Assembly: GCA_016188915.1 (NCBI GenBank)
Contig: JACPGU010000002.1
Location: 241,211 to 305,210 of the forward strand
DNA from: Candidatus Microgenomates bacterium
GTDB taxonomy: Bacteria; Patescibacteriota; JACPGU01
Reading direction: 5' to 3'
Length of the DNA stretch: 64,000 bases
A program made the position numbers and the translations under genes. This document shows, in pieces, positions 18,801-28,230 of the stretch. Under the pieces are notes generated by a model. That model made no database searches. It had not been told where the DNA came from and worked only from the letters and a program-made list of their open reading frames with translations. Position 1 is the first letter of the stretch. The number at the start of each line of letters is the position of its first letter.

Positions 18801-21800
18801 GTTCCGGCACGCTGTCTATGCAGGGGTATCTGACGTTGGGAGGAGTGGGCGCCTATACCGGTATCACTTTAAATATTGACACTTCCGATCCGACCTTCAA
18901 TGTAGATGGCGATACGACGATAGGCGCCAACCATACATTGATCTTGAGCGCGACGGGGACAGCTACTTTCGGAGGAAGCTGGACGAATGCTGGCACCCTA
19001 ACCCACTCCTCCGGCACAGTCACTTTTGACGCGACCGACACGGGCAATACTATCAACAACAATTCTTCATCTTTTTACAATCTCAAGCTCAATGGCTCGG
19101 GCGGAGAATGGTCGGCGCTGACCAATACCTTGACTATCGCCAATGACCTCACAGTATCGGCCGGTACGCTTAATAATAGCGCTGGTACAGCCGACATTAC
19201 GGTTAACGGCAATGTGGCTTGTAATGGTACTTGCGGCACTGTCAATCTCACTTCCGGCACTTTCCTGCAAAGTGTGACGACCAACAAAGCTTTCGGCACC
19301 AATGTGGCGGTTGGCACTAATTGGATTTTTAACAATCTCACTTTCACCGGCACTTCGGATACTATCACCACCAGCTCTACCGGCACCGGCACTATTGAGG
19401 TCAAAACCAATTTGACGATTTCAACGGCTACCACTTTGGACGCGGGCAACCGCACCTTCATCCTTTCCGCGGCCTCCACCACTCCCGCCACTTTCACCGG
19501 CACTTTGACGGGTAATACTTCCATCTTTCGCTACACCGGCGCGGGCAACACCACTATTCCGGCCAGCACCGGGTACAGTACGGTTCAGCTCTATCCGGGC
19601 GCTAATTCCGCCATCTTCACTCTCGATTCTGGCACATTCACTCTGTCGGGAGATTTCATCGCGGGCGGAAATTCTTCTTACACCGGCACCACTGTTACGC
19701 TCGGCGCGAACAATCCAACGATGAATATCACGGGCGACTTTACCGTTTGCGCCTCTTCTTGTCCTGAAATGACTTTCACCAAATCATCTAACACTATTAC
19801 TCTAAACGGCACAGCCAATACCAAGACTATCACTGACAACAACACGACCAAGCAAGACCTTGGGAAAATCGCTATCGGCAACGCCTCGGCTGCCAAAATC
19901 GTCAATATGGGCTCTACTTTGAAATTGGAGACGCTCAATATCACTGCCAACGCCACTTTTTCTTTCAACAACGGAGCCTACACTTTGACTATTACCGGTA
20001 CCGGCACGCCATTAACCAAAACCGGTACCTTTACGGCGACCACTGGCACGACGACCTATGTTGGTAATGGCGCGACAACTATTACGGCGGCCACTTACAA
20101 CAATTTACAGATTTTTCCCGGTGGCGCCTCCGTTACTCACACCTTGGCTTCCGGCACTTTCACTATCGGTGGCGATTTGGATATCGGCGGGAATGCCAAT
20201 GGCGCTTCCACTGTCGTTACCGCTGGCGCGAACAACCCGACCATTGGTTTGACGGGCAATCTTGTGGTCTGCGCGTCCACTTGTTCCAACCAGATGACTT
20301 TCACCAAATCTTCCAATACTTTAACGTTGAATGGCACGGCCAATACCAAGACCATCACCGACAACAATACCACCAAGCAAGACCTCGGGGCTTTGGCTAT
20401 CGGCAATGGCGCAACGGCCAAACATATCGGGCTTGGCTCCAATATCAAGGCCACTTCCGTCAATATTACCGCTTCCGCTTTTTTTGAGCCGGGCGCCTAT
20501 ACGGCGACTTTGACAGCCAACGGCACGCCTTTTACCGTCTCCGGCACTTTCACGCCCGCCACTTCTACCATCGAATACGCCCCCGCTTCCACGACCGGTG
20601 TTACGGTAGCCTCCACCACCTATCATCATGTTATTTTCAATAAAACCTCCAACACTTTTTCACTGACCACATCCGGCATTACTACCGATACCGCTAATGG
20701 CGGTGGAGATTTGACTATTTCTGCCGGAACACTAGACACTGTTTCCGGCTCTAATTACCCGATTTCTATTGGGGGTTCTTGGACTAATAGCGACACCTTT
20801 ACCGCCAATTCTGGCACTGTTACCTTCACCTCGGTTAATACTGGAGAAACGCTTTCCGGCACATTGTCCGGCGCTTCTAGTTTCAATAACATAATTTTTA
20901 ATGGTTCAGGCGGAGAATGGACGCCAGGTTCAGCTGTTAATTTGAATGGCGATTTGACCATGACGGCCGGCACTCTGCTCGGCACGCAAAATATTACCGT
21001 CGCTGGCGGAGACGTGACTGGTGATGGCGCTATCACTCTTACCGGCGGGACATTCAAAGTGACGGGCGCTTCCGGCACGGGTTTTGGCGGGGCGACAGCT
21101 TGGAGTTTTTCCTCCCTTACTTTTGGCGATGGTGCTGATAGCGCGACGACGACCGCTACCGGCTCCGGTGGGATAACGGTTTCTTCTGTTCTGACCATTG
21201 ATGCCACTCATACTTTGGACGCGGCTGGTAAGATATGGACACTTTCCGGAACAACTGACCCCTTTGTTAAAACGGGAACTTTTACTCCTAATACTTCTAC
21301 TTTTAAATTTACCGGCAATGGCGCGACCAATATCCCCGCCACCACTTATTACAATTTGCAAGTTTTTCCCGGCGGAGCAGTCACCCATACCTTGGGCGCG
21401 GGAACTTTCACCATCAATAATAATCTGGATCTAGGCGGTAACACCAACCCGGCTTCAACAGTAATCACGGCGGCGACCAATTCTCCGACGGTGAACATTA
21501 CAGGTAATTTGACGCTTTGCGCCACTACTTGTTCCAATCAGATGACCTTCACCAAGGGCGGAACAATTACTTTGTCTGGCGCGGCTAATACCAAGAGCCT
21601 GACTGACAACAACACGACCAAGCAAGATCTGGGCGATATCACTATCGGCAACGCCTCCTTGGCCAAAATCATTCAGCTTGGTTCGTCGATCAAGGCGACC
21701 TCCATCAATATTACGACCAATGCAACGCTTGACGCTAACGGGACGAACACTATTACTTTGACCGGTACAACTACTCCTTTCACTACTAACGGCGCTTTTA

Positions 21801-23233
21801 CTTATTCCACCAGTACCGTGGTTTTCACCGGCAACGCATCTTTTACCATTCCGGCAACCACTTATTATAATTTAACTTTTAGTCCGACCGTGGTGACGAC
21901 CGGCAAGACCTATACTTTTGGCGGAGCAGTGGCGGTCAATAGCGCCTTGGATATCAATCCGGACGCGGCTACCAGTCTTTCTTTGACGGTCAATCTCGGT
22001 GGCGCGCTCACCGGCTCGCCGGCTGTCACCGTTAGAAGGCAAAATTCGGCGGCTTCCGTTTTGGATACTACGGCCGGCAATTATGGTATTACGGCTACCA
22101 GTTTTGACATCCAAGCAGGCGGGACAGTGACACTTAACGCTTCTACTGTTTCGGCTTCCGGCGCGGTGACCATTGCTTCATCGGGGACGTTAAATGCCAC
22201 TTCTGGCACTTTCAGTATTGGTGGCAATTACACGAATAATGGCACTTTTTCTAGCAACAACGGCACCGTTACCATCAACGGCTCTTCGCAGCAGACTTTG
22301 GCCGGAACGATGACAACGACCAACGCTTTCAAGACTCTGACAATTACCAATAGTAGTGGCGCCGATCCCGATGCTTCGCCTTCGGTAATTTTTTCGGCCG
22401 CGGCGACCGCCACCACTTTCAACGCGGTGACGGCCTCAACCAAAATTCGCTTCTTGGCGGGCGCGACCTATACTTTTACCACTTTCAATGTCAATGGCCA
22501 GGCGACCGGTACGCGCGTTCAGCTCCGTTCCTCTTCCTCGCCGACCGCTTGGTTGCTTGTCGCTAGTGGCAGTCCGGTGGTTTATAATACCAATCCCAAA
22601 GATTCCAATGCTTCCGGCGGGAGCAGCATTGATGCTTCAGCCGCATCCAATTTGGACGGTGCGGGCAATACCAATTGGAATTTTGGAGGACTTTCTACTG
22701 ATATTGTAGACAGTAATGGCGATCCAGTGGGTAGTCCAGCGGTAGCTATGGATAACGCTTCTTTAGGTTTTGCTTGCCAGTCTGCTACTGGTACCTTGGG
22801 GGCGGCTTCGCAGAAAATGCGTGTTTCCAATAGCACGGGCAATCCTTCATGGACCCTAACTATCGCGCCGACTGATGGGGCCACTACGACTTGGACGGCT
22901 GGCGCGCCCTTGTATGATTTTAACGACGCGACAGCTTCTGGCTGTTCGGATGGGATAGACGCTGATGGAGTGGGTGGACAGCTAACGATGAACGCTTCGG
23001 CAGGGACGGTGACGCCACAGGGCGGTTGTTCTTCTACGGGAATTACAAAAGGTAATTCAGCTGCTTTTGTGCAGGGCACTACTGACAGCGTCACCATTTT
23101 GTCGGCTAGCGGTCTGGCGGAAACTAGTTGTTATTGGGATTTGACAGGCGTTTCTTTGAGTCAATCAATTCCGCAAGAGCAAACTATCGGCAATTACTCT
23201 TTGAATATGACGATTACTTTGACTGCGAATTAA
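15893..23233 (+). CDS. Giant 2446-aa surface adhesin with C-terminal WxL-like domain
   Basis: N-terminal TM/signal segment, Ig-like region, GNWSNGATW..GVP..DD module, long Thr/Gly/Asn-rich beta-helix-like repeats, C-terminus homologous to 11921-12637. Confidence 0.8.
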   Translation: MVKKHSPKGKKARIGDALFTLRKRGKSPWFFAVFLIVLFLIGQLTSKAYAANFYPNLCFGTADSKKAVGQIKNSASDQTPSEFAVTIDEENVTLDCAQFRDEGKSSRVRKVQEATLKIFWSTNTDSIGEGAKASFWQTKKALAADEETTTEIVSEKITEEIIAPEQIENVISGQTIGTTEPIEDTVSDQDAQINKATIAISYTLDNAIWQDLANVGINNLATEFPLNLKDSSDIANFHLRVTSIGDFGQNLVLLDGFAISAVFQNDFSDEEIEALPRVDIGEELFVAPKKDFRADEAVEFEIKGFQDAGTSQNPTASLSEARSISIANLKSPAHLVAQGVVGRQISNLQYIFPAHAEEITAGAVQVLTAEVYDPIGNTGTITPLVQEIGGTTKIIVNKPTRGFRPGRYRLHLEVLDLASSQILISDQNFTWGVLAINLNKSVYLPFESAYLQMGVLDDQGSTICNANLKLEITDPLGGFTILTTASGSISLSDQCDKNNVTDTPDYFAYYTTGDLGVYQMTLTNLTNLYSVTDTFEVRNYAPMTIERISATRINPFKANYRMIFELRANEAFSGAFSETLPDNFEVIDPTINNDTAYDLLITSGDKKIISWNLSLNRNQRKTITYTYDSPDVSPQLYLAGPASAGTIFTETRNWQIASDAACSSNGTGNWSNGATWSGCTGTGGVPAADDTITITDGHAVTLDTTATVAGLTLCDSACNADTSLTHSGSNALTVNGTVTINGGAGAGDNTLWTINGGSATVSGAISYNPQSTTGGRDAKIALSTGTLNANGGIVFENTAGSEDNQMLAMTSTATVNLKGSISNQTLADIQPGTTSTFVYIDSAAAQTVVFDATSSTYAKLTFSNTHASGVTLGAALTATNTTGDVNVLHGIFVTGGYNMTGTGSNTLTMSNGSQFDQTGATLISSFAGLSTSATSTYRLLTTNATFSMATLIYGNVVVSPQANNVAVTPSSGTLSMQGYLTLGGVGAYTGITLNIDTSDPTFNVDGDTTIGANHTLILSATGTATFGGSWTNAGTLTHSSGTVTFDATDTGNTINNNSSSFYNLKLNGSGGEWSALTNTLTIANDLTVSAGTLNNSAGTADITVNGNVACNGTCGTVNLTSGTFLQSVTTNKAFGTNVAVGTNWIFNNLTFTGTSDTITTSSTGTGTIEVKTNLTISTATTLDAGNRTFILSAASTTPATFTGTLTGNTSIFRYTGAGNTTIPASTGYSTVQLYPGANSAIFTLDSGTFTLSGDFIAGGNSSYTGTTVTLGANNPTMNITGDFTVCASSCPEMTFTKSSNTITLNGTANTKTITDNNTTKQDLGKIAIGNASAAKIVNMGSTLKLETLNITANATFSFNNGAYTLTITGTGTPLTKTGTFTATTGTTTYVGNGATTITAATYNNLQIFPGGASVTHTLASGTFTIGGDLDIGGNANGASTVVTAGANNPTIGLTGNLVVCASTCSNQMTFTKSSNTLTLNGTANTKTITDNNTTKQDLGALAIGNGATAKHIGLGSNIKATSVNITASAFFEPGAYTATLTANGTPFTVSGTFTPATSTIEYAPASTTGVTVASTTYHHVIFNKTSNTFSLTTSGITTDTANGGGDLTISAGTLDTVSGSNYPISIGGSWTNSDTFTANSGTVTFTSVNTGETLSGTLSGASSFNNIIFNGSGGEWTPGSAVNLNGDLTMTAGTLLGTQNITVAGGDVTGDGAITLTGGTFKVTGASGTGFGGATAWSFSSLTFGDGADSATTTATGSGGITVSSVLTIDATHTLDAAGKIWTLSGTTDPFVKTGTFTPNTSTFKFTGNGATNIPATTYYNLQVFPGGAVTHTLGAGTFTINNNLDLGGNTNPASTVITAATNSPTVNITGNLTLCATTCSNQMTFTKGGTITLSGAANTKSLTDNNTTKQDLGDITIGNASLAKIIQLGSSIKATSINITTNATLDANGTNTITLTGTTTPFTTNGAFTYSTSTVVFTGNASFTIPATTYYNLTFSPTVVTTGKTYTFGGAVAVNSALDINPDAATSLSLTVNLGGALTGSPAVTVRRQNSAASVLDTTAGNYGITATSFDIQAGGTVTLNASTVSASGAVTIASSGTLNATSGTFSIGGNYTNNGTFSSNNGTVTINGSSQQTLAGTMTTTNAFKTLTITNSSGADPDASPSVIFSAAATATTFNAVTASTKIRFLAGATYTFTTFNVNGQATGTRVQLRSSSSPTAWLLVASGSPVVYNTNPKDSNASGGSSIDASAASNLDGAGNTNWNFGGLSTDIVDSNGDPVGSPAVAMDNASLGFACQSATGTLGAASQKMRVSNSTGNPSWTLTIAPTDGATTTWTAGAPLYDFNDATASGCSDGIDADGVGGQLTMNASAGTVTPQGGCSSTGITKGNSAAFVQGTTDSVTILSASGLAETSCYWDLTGVSLSQSIPQEQTIGNYSLNMTITLTAN

Positions 23234-23302
23234 TGATTTACCTATTGTTGCTGTGAGGACTGATGTTATAATAAAAACAAGTTTTATAATTAATTTTGTT
23301 CT

Positions 23303-23446
23303 ATGCCAAAAAACAAAAACAAAAAAAGCCAAAAAGGAGATTTTTGCGTGGGCGATTGTTGTTTTCGGAAAGTATATTGGGCGACTTTGGCCGTTTTGGT
23401 TTTACAGATAGCAATTCTCTTGGTTTTCATTTGGAAGTTTATATGA
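23303..23446 (+). CDS. Small single-TM protein (47 aa), missed by the ORF track
   Basis: MPKNKNKKSQKGDFCVGDCCFRKVYWATLAVLVLQIAILLVFIWKFI*; downstream of TATAAT boxes and 15 bp before the next start. Confidence 0.5.
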   Translation: MPKNKNKKSQKGDFCVGDCCFRKVYWATLAVLVLQIAILLVFIWKFI

Positions 23447-23461
23447 AATAACTTCTAGCAA

Positions 23462-26400
23462 ATGAAATGGATAAAAAACAAAAAAAGCTATCTTTCCCCC
23501 CTTTCTTTTTTCAAAGAAAAAAGCAATCAAATTTATTCTTTTTTGATTGTTGTTTTAGTTTTACAGATAGCTGTTCTTGCTATTTTGGTGCCATTAGTGC
23601 GGGGAGTAAATTCTACTACTCACACCAGCCAAGAAGATTTTGCGGCAGGCGCTATCTCTCAAACAGCAGTGACTAATAGCTCTGGCGGTGAGATTTCTTT
23701 GGCTACTGTTTCTTCCAGTTTTGCCCAACAATCTTTCGGCACTAACTCTCTCGGCGAAGTAGGAGTCAAGGTCAATGATTTATACGCCGCCTATAGCCCC
23801 AGTCTAGTCCACGATTCCTTAGGCAATACCTACGTTGCCTACTTTTTCGCCGGTTCAACTTGGGATATTGTAGTCAAAAAATATGATTCTGCCGGAGCGC
23901 AAGATTTGACTTTTGGCACAGCTGGCACTTTGACTATTTCATCTTCTGCTGTTGCCGGCGGGATTATGCCCAATACACCATCTTTGGTAGTGGACAATAC
24001 CAACAGTAATCTCTATGTCGCCTGGGATGCCGGAGCGCCTCTCGCCAGCGCTAAAACTATTTATGCCAAAAAGTTTTCTTTTGCTGGTGTTATTGACACG
24101 AGTTTTGGCACGAGCGGGCTTTTGACTGCCGGTAGTAATAACAAATCTATCAGCACGGATCATAGTTTTTCTATTAGTATTGATACCAATAGCAAACTCT
24201 ACATTGCCACGAATGGTACGAGCGGGACGAGCCTCACAGTCAAAAGATACACTACGGCCGGAGCCCTGGATGCTAGCTACGCGACATCCGGAACATTAAC
24301 AGCCGTTTCTACCGGCAACGCGGTCGGTGACCCATATATGGTAGTTAATGGTGGCGACAATCTTTATCTCCTTTACTACGAAAATATTTCCGGTCCGCAC
24401 AAAATCTACGCCAGGAAATTCAATTCTTCGGGAGTAACGGTGACCAGCTTTGGCGCCAGTGGAATCTTGGAGATCGCTTCTTCCACGCAGGCATTGCGAG
24501 ATCCCGTGGTAGTTTTCGGTGGTTCAGAGAACGGCTATGTCGTTTGGACGGAAGCGGCCAACAATGATATTTACGCCAAGAAATTTTCCACGGCCGGAGT
24601 TTTAGACACGAGTTTTGGCACGAGTGGTATGGCAACAATAACTACAGCTAGTAATATTCAGAGGAAACCGGCGCTGGCCCTAGATTCCAGTGAAAATATG
24701 TATATCGCCTGGGAAGATAATCGCGGAGCGGATTACAGCATTTATACTAAAAAATTCAATTCCTCTGGCACGTTGGTTTCCGGCTTTGGAACGGCGGGAG
24801 AATTAGCCACTTTCGATAATAGCAACAATCAATTTTATCCGGCGATTATGACTGATGCCACCGGTGATATTTATCTTGCTGCTTCTGATGATCGCTCTAC
24901 CGGCAATACCAAATATGATTTGTATATAAGAAAATTCAATTCCTCCGGTACGCGATATAACGATTATTCACCGGCCACAGCAGATGATGTGGCGATCAGC
25001 GGTGAATCTTCTAGCCAAGAACATCCTGCTTCCGCTACCGATTCTGACAACAATGTTTATTTCGTTTGGCGCAATATGGCAACGGACGCCAACGGCGATA
25101 TTTATATGAAAAAATACAGCGCCATGGGCTTTCTCTACGACGGTACATCCGCTTCTCCGGAATTTGGCACCGACGGGCAGGTCTTGATTTCCTCTGCCGG
25201 GACGAACGCTGCCCAGCGCGCGCCACGGATAACGCTAGATAGCACTGATAATATTTATGTCTCTTGGTATGACAATCGTGATGGGGCAAATTACGACGCT
25301 TACGTGAAAAAATTTAGCAGTAGTGGCGCGCTAGACGCAACTTTTGGCTCATCAGGAGAGTTAACGGTGGAGGCAGGGATTTTAATCGGCGCGGGCGAAT
25401 CCGATGAACTACCGACAGAAATGGGGCTGGGGGTGGATTCCTCTGACAATATCTATGTTGCTTATTACAAAGATTTGGCTCTGGATGGCGCTGATTACGC
25501 GGTCTATATCAGGAAATACTCTTCGGCCGGCGTTATCGTTTCGGCCTTTGGCAGTTCCGGCACTTTGACGGTAGCAAGTAGCAGCCTAGCCGATACCTTT
25601 CCCACGCTGACTATTTCTTCCGCTAATAATCTTTATGTCGGTTATGTGGAATGGGAGCTGGACTTCTCTGACTCTAAAGTGAAGATTAAAAAATATAATT
25701 CTTCCGGGACGATAGATAGCGCTTTTGGTACGAGCGGGACCATCACTTACGATAATGTTGGCGATATTGATCGCGAGGCGAGGCTGGCTTTGGATTCTAC
25801 CGGAGCCGTTTATCTGGCTTCGGGCAATGTAGATGATCTCATCGCGCCTACTGCCTACCAAATATTCCTGACCAAATATGATTCAGCTGGCGTTATCGTT
25901 ACGAGCTTTGGTACCGGTGGCACGATCACTTTGGCGACTTCAGCCAATGCGACCATCTATCCTTCTATCGCCACAGATTCGGCAGACAATATCTATGCTA
26001 CTTGGACGCAAACGGTAGCCGATAATGATATCAAGCTTCGCGTTTACAATACTGCCGGAACGCTCAATACTAATGTTGGCACTAACGGAGTTTTGGTTTT
26101 GGACTCTACAACGGCCAATGCCAATCAGGTAGCTATAACCGTTGGAGCAGGAGACGCTATCTATTTTGCTTGGTCGGACGGGGCGATATCTGGCGCCAAA
26201 TATGATTTCACTGGCGGTTCGACTGTCTATTATACTTCTGGTACTTTTGAATCGGCCACGATTGATACTGGCTCTAGCACGCAAGTTTACGGCAATTTGT
26301 CTTGGTCGGTAACGACGCCAGTCGGCACATCGGTTTTGTTCCAGGTGGCTACGGCCACCACTGATAGCGGCTATGTCTATCGCGGACCGGGTGGATTTTT

Positions 26401-27748
26401 GGACACCTACTACACCACTTCCTCTGGTCATAATATTTGGTCAGGGGCGGACAGCCAGAGATATTTCCGCTACAAAATGATTTTGGCCACGACCGATGCT
26501 ACGGCCAGTCCTAGTGTAGCCAGTGTTACTATCGCTTATAACCTGCCACCAAACGCCCCTTCTTCTTTAGGGCCGATGGCTTCTATCGACGGAACGGCTT
26601 CTTCTAACACCAGACCTAACTTCTCTTTTACCTTGACCGACAATGATACATCCGACACGGTTGGCTATCGTATTCAAATTAGCCAAGTGAGCGACTTTTC
26701 TTCCAGTATCGTTGACTATACTTCGGCTATGGCCACTCAGGGGACAGCTTCTTTTTCAGTTGGACAGGCTACAGGTAGTGGTAGCTATACGACGGGGTGG
26801 CTTAATCAGACTTTGTCTGAAGGAAATTATTATTGGCGCGTCGCTGCTATTGACGAAAACAATCTTATCGGTAATTGGACGACAGCCAATTCAGGCAATG
26901 TTGCTTTGACAATTTCTTTGCCACCATCCTATACGGCACCTATCGAATCAACCGGCGGAGGTGGCGGGGTAGAACCCAAGGCCGCCACGCCAGAGAAAAA
27001 GGCCACAGAGACCTTTACCGATAATTTTTCCATAAATATTAATGACGATCAGATCAATACAACTAATCTGGAAGTTACTTTGCGTTTTAGTGCTCCTTCT
27101 TCTGCTACGGAAGTGGAGATTTCTAATTATCCTGACTTCAAAGAATCTACTCGCGATCAATTCGCTAGAGAGAAAAAATGGTCTATCTGTGCCGACAAAG
27201 ATACAGGCGCGGTCGGAAAAGCCAACATCAAAACCCACAATTGTTCAGAGGGCGAGTACAGCGTCTATGCTAGATTTTATAATGCCAAAGGAGAAATGTC
27301 GGCAGTTTTCAGAGACACCATCTCTTATCGTCTGAATACGAAAGATATAACTGAGGGGGCAAATCAAGCTATCCCAGAGAAAGGTGGCACGCCACAAAAT
27401 ATTAGTGAGACAATTAGCCCCAACGATAATACTGGTAGTCAAACAGAGATTTTGCCGGCGCTGGTTTTTGTTCCCGACATCATCTTTTTCAACAATATGC
27501 GAGTGGGTTCCAATGGGGTGGAAGTCAAGGCTTTGCAGGAATTTTTGAATAAAAACGGTTTTACGGTAGCTGATAATGGTCCTGGTTCTTCCGGCGGTGA
27601 AACGCAGTATTACGGCGCGTTGACTGCCCGGGCAGTGGCTAGATTTCAAGAAGCCAATGCTGATCAGATTTTGACTCCCTTGGGCTACACCAAGGGTACG
27701 GGTATCTTTGGTCCCGCGACGAGAAATTATATTAATTCACTGAAATGA
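23462..27748 (+). CDS. Large surface protein: tandem beta-propellers (delta-60-like repeats), Ig/FN3-like domains, C-terminal peptidoglycan-binding domain
   Basis: About 12 repeats of D..n.YV.W....i..KK(Y/F)...G..D..FGT.G; YYWRV; GVEVKALQEFLN...YYGALTARAVARFQ...GIFGPATR. Confidence 0.8.
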   Translation: MKWIKNKKSYLSPLSFFKEKSNQIYSFLIVVLVLQIAVLAILVPLVRGVNSTTHTSQEDFAAGAISQTAVTNSSGGEISLATVSSSFAQQSFGTNSLGEVGVKVNDLYAAYSPSLVHDSLGNTYVAYFFAGSTWDIVVKKYDSAGAQDLTFGTAGTLTISSSAVAGGIMPNTPSLVVDNTNSNLYVAWDAGAPLASAKTIYAKKFSFAGVIDTSFGTSGLLTAGSNNKSISTDHSFSISIDTNSKLYIATNGTSGTSLTVKRYTTAGALDASYATSGTLTAVSTGNAVGDPYMVVNGGDNLYLLYYENISGPHKIYARKFNSSGVTVTSFGASGILEIASSTQALRDPVVVFGGSENGYVVWTEAANNDIYAKKFSTAGVLDTSFGTSGMATITTASNIQRKPALALDSSENMYIAWEDNRGADYSIYTKKFNSSGTLVSGFGTAGELATFDNSNNQFYPAIMTDATGDIYLAASDDRSTGNTKYDLYIRKFNSSGTRYNDYSPATADDVAISGESSSQEHPASATDSDNNVYFVWRNMATDANGDIYMKKYSAMGFLYDGTSASPEFGTDGQVLISSAGTNAAQRAPRITLDSTDNIYVSWYDNRDGANYDAYVKKFSSSGALDATFGSSGELTVEAGILIGAGESDELPTEMGLGVDSSDNIYVAYYKDLALDGADYAVYIRKYSSAGVIVSAFGSSGTLTVASSSLADTFPTLTISSANNLYVGYVEWELDFSDSKVKIKKYNSSGTIDSAFGTSGTITYDNVGDIDREARLALDSTGAVYLASGNVDDLIAPTAYQIFLTKYDSAGVIVTSFGTGGTITLATSANATIYPSIATDSADNIYATWTQTVADNDIKLRVYNTAGTLNTNVGTNGVLVLDSTTANANQVAITVGAGDAIYFAWSDGAISGAKYDFTGGSTVYYTSGTFESATIDTGSSTQVYGNLSWSVTTPVGTSVLFQVATATTDSGYVYRGPGGFLDTYYTTSSGHNIWSGADSQRYFRYKMILATTDATASPSVASVTIAYNLPPNAPSSLGPMASIDGTASSNTRPNFSFTLTDNDTSDTVGYRIQISQVSDFSSSIVDYTSAMATQGTASFSVGQATGSGSYTTGWLNQTLSEGNYYWRVAAIDENNLIGNWTTANSGNVALTISLPPSYTAPIESTGGGGGVEPKAATPEKKATETFTDNFSININDDQINTTNLEVTLRFSAPSSATEVEISNYPDFKESTRDQFAREKKWSICADKDTGAVGKANIKTHNCSEGEYSVYARFYNAKGEMSAVFRDTISYRLNTKDITEGANQAIPEKGGTPQNISETISPNDNTGSQTEILPALVFVPDIIFFNNMRVGSNGVEVKALQEFLNKNGFTVADNGPGSSGGETQYYGALTARAVARFQEANADQILTPLGYTKGTGIFGPATRNYINSLK

Positions 27749-27790
27749 AATTCGTAGAGGCGTTGCAATGCAACGTCTCTACGAATTTCA
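27746..27790. repeat. GTAG-type REP palindrome
   Basis: TGAAATTCGTAGAGGCGTTGCA-A-TGCAACGTCTCTACGAATTTCA with one G-T pair. Confidence 0.75.
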
Positions 27791-27791
27791 A

Positions 27792-27864
27792 TCGGGATAG
27801 GCAGACTTGAACTGCCGACCTCCACGTCCCGAACGTGGCGCGCTACCAACTGCGCTATACCCCG
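27792..27864 (-). tRNA. tRNA-Pro(CGG)
   Basis: CGGGGTATAGCGCAGTTGGTAGCGCG; anticodon arm CCACG-TTCGGGA-CGTGG; GTTCAAGTC; no CCA. Confidence 0.93.
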
Positions 27865-27964
27865 ACTCAAGCTCTGGCGGGCAGGCGAATCGTGTGCCTT
27901 AGCCAATTAGGCCAGTCGCCGACACAAGCTTTGGCGGGTGGCGCGCTACCAGTGCTACTTACCG
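27865..27964 (-). pseudogene. tRNA 5'-half remnants interleaved with a 20-bp direct repeat
   Basis: Minus strand CGGTAAGTAGCACTGGTAGCGCGCCAC (Pro-like 5' half) and GGCGACTGGCCTAATTGGCTAAGGCAC (D-arm-like); repeat 27862-27881 vs 27919-27938, 18/20 identical. Confidence 0.5.
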
Positions 27965-28039
27965 AAATCGGATATCGGTAAATAGTATTTTATCAAAAAA
28001 GACAGACGAAACAAAAAGTTTAAGTTTTCTTCTTGAGAT

Positions 28040-28203
28040 TTGACATTTTTTTGAGGAAGAGTAAAATAGTGGCTACCTATGAAAAACAGCAATATCAAAA
28101 ATCTCATTTCTGTCATTTTGCTACCATCGCTGGACGGTGATTTTGCTGTTGGCATATAGAAAAGATTCCAACAACGAAACCACCGCCCAGGCGGTGGTTT
28201 TTT
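28040..28203 (+). promoter_or_regulatory. Promoter plus leader-peptide transcription attenuator (Ile/Leu/Val-rich)
   Basis: TTGACA-16-TAAAAT; leader 28079-28159 MKNSNIKNLISVILLPSLDGDFAVGI*; terminator 28177-28203; antiterminator 28131-28143. Confidence 0.7.
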
Positions 28204-28230
28204 AAATACCTTAAAAATCGGAGGCAGAAT

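Noticed and set aside
16104-27649. Many antisense and alternate-frame ORFs inside the two giant genes
   Set aside because: Shadow ORFs caused by Thr/Gly/Ala codon bias
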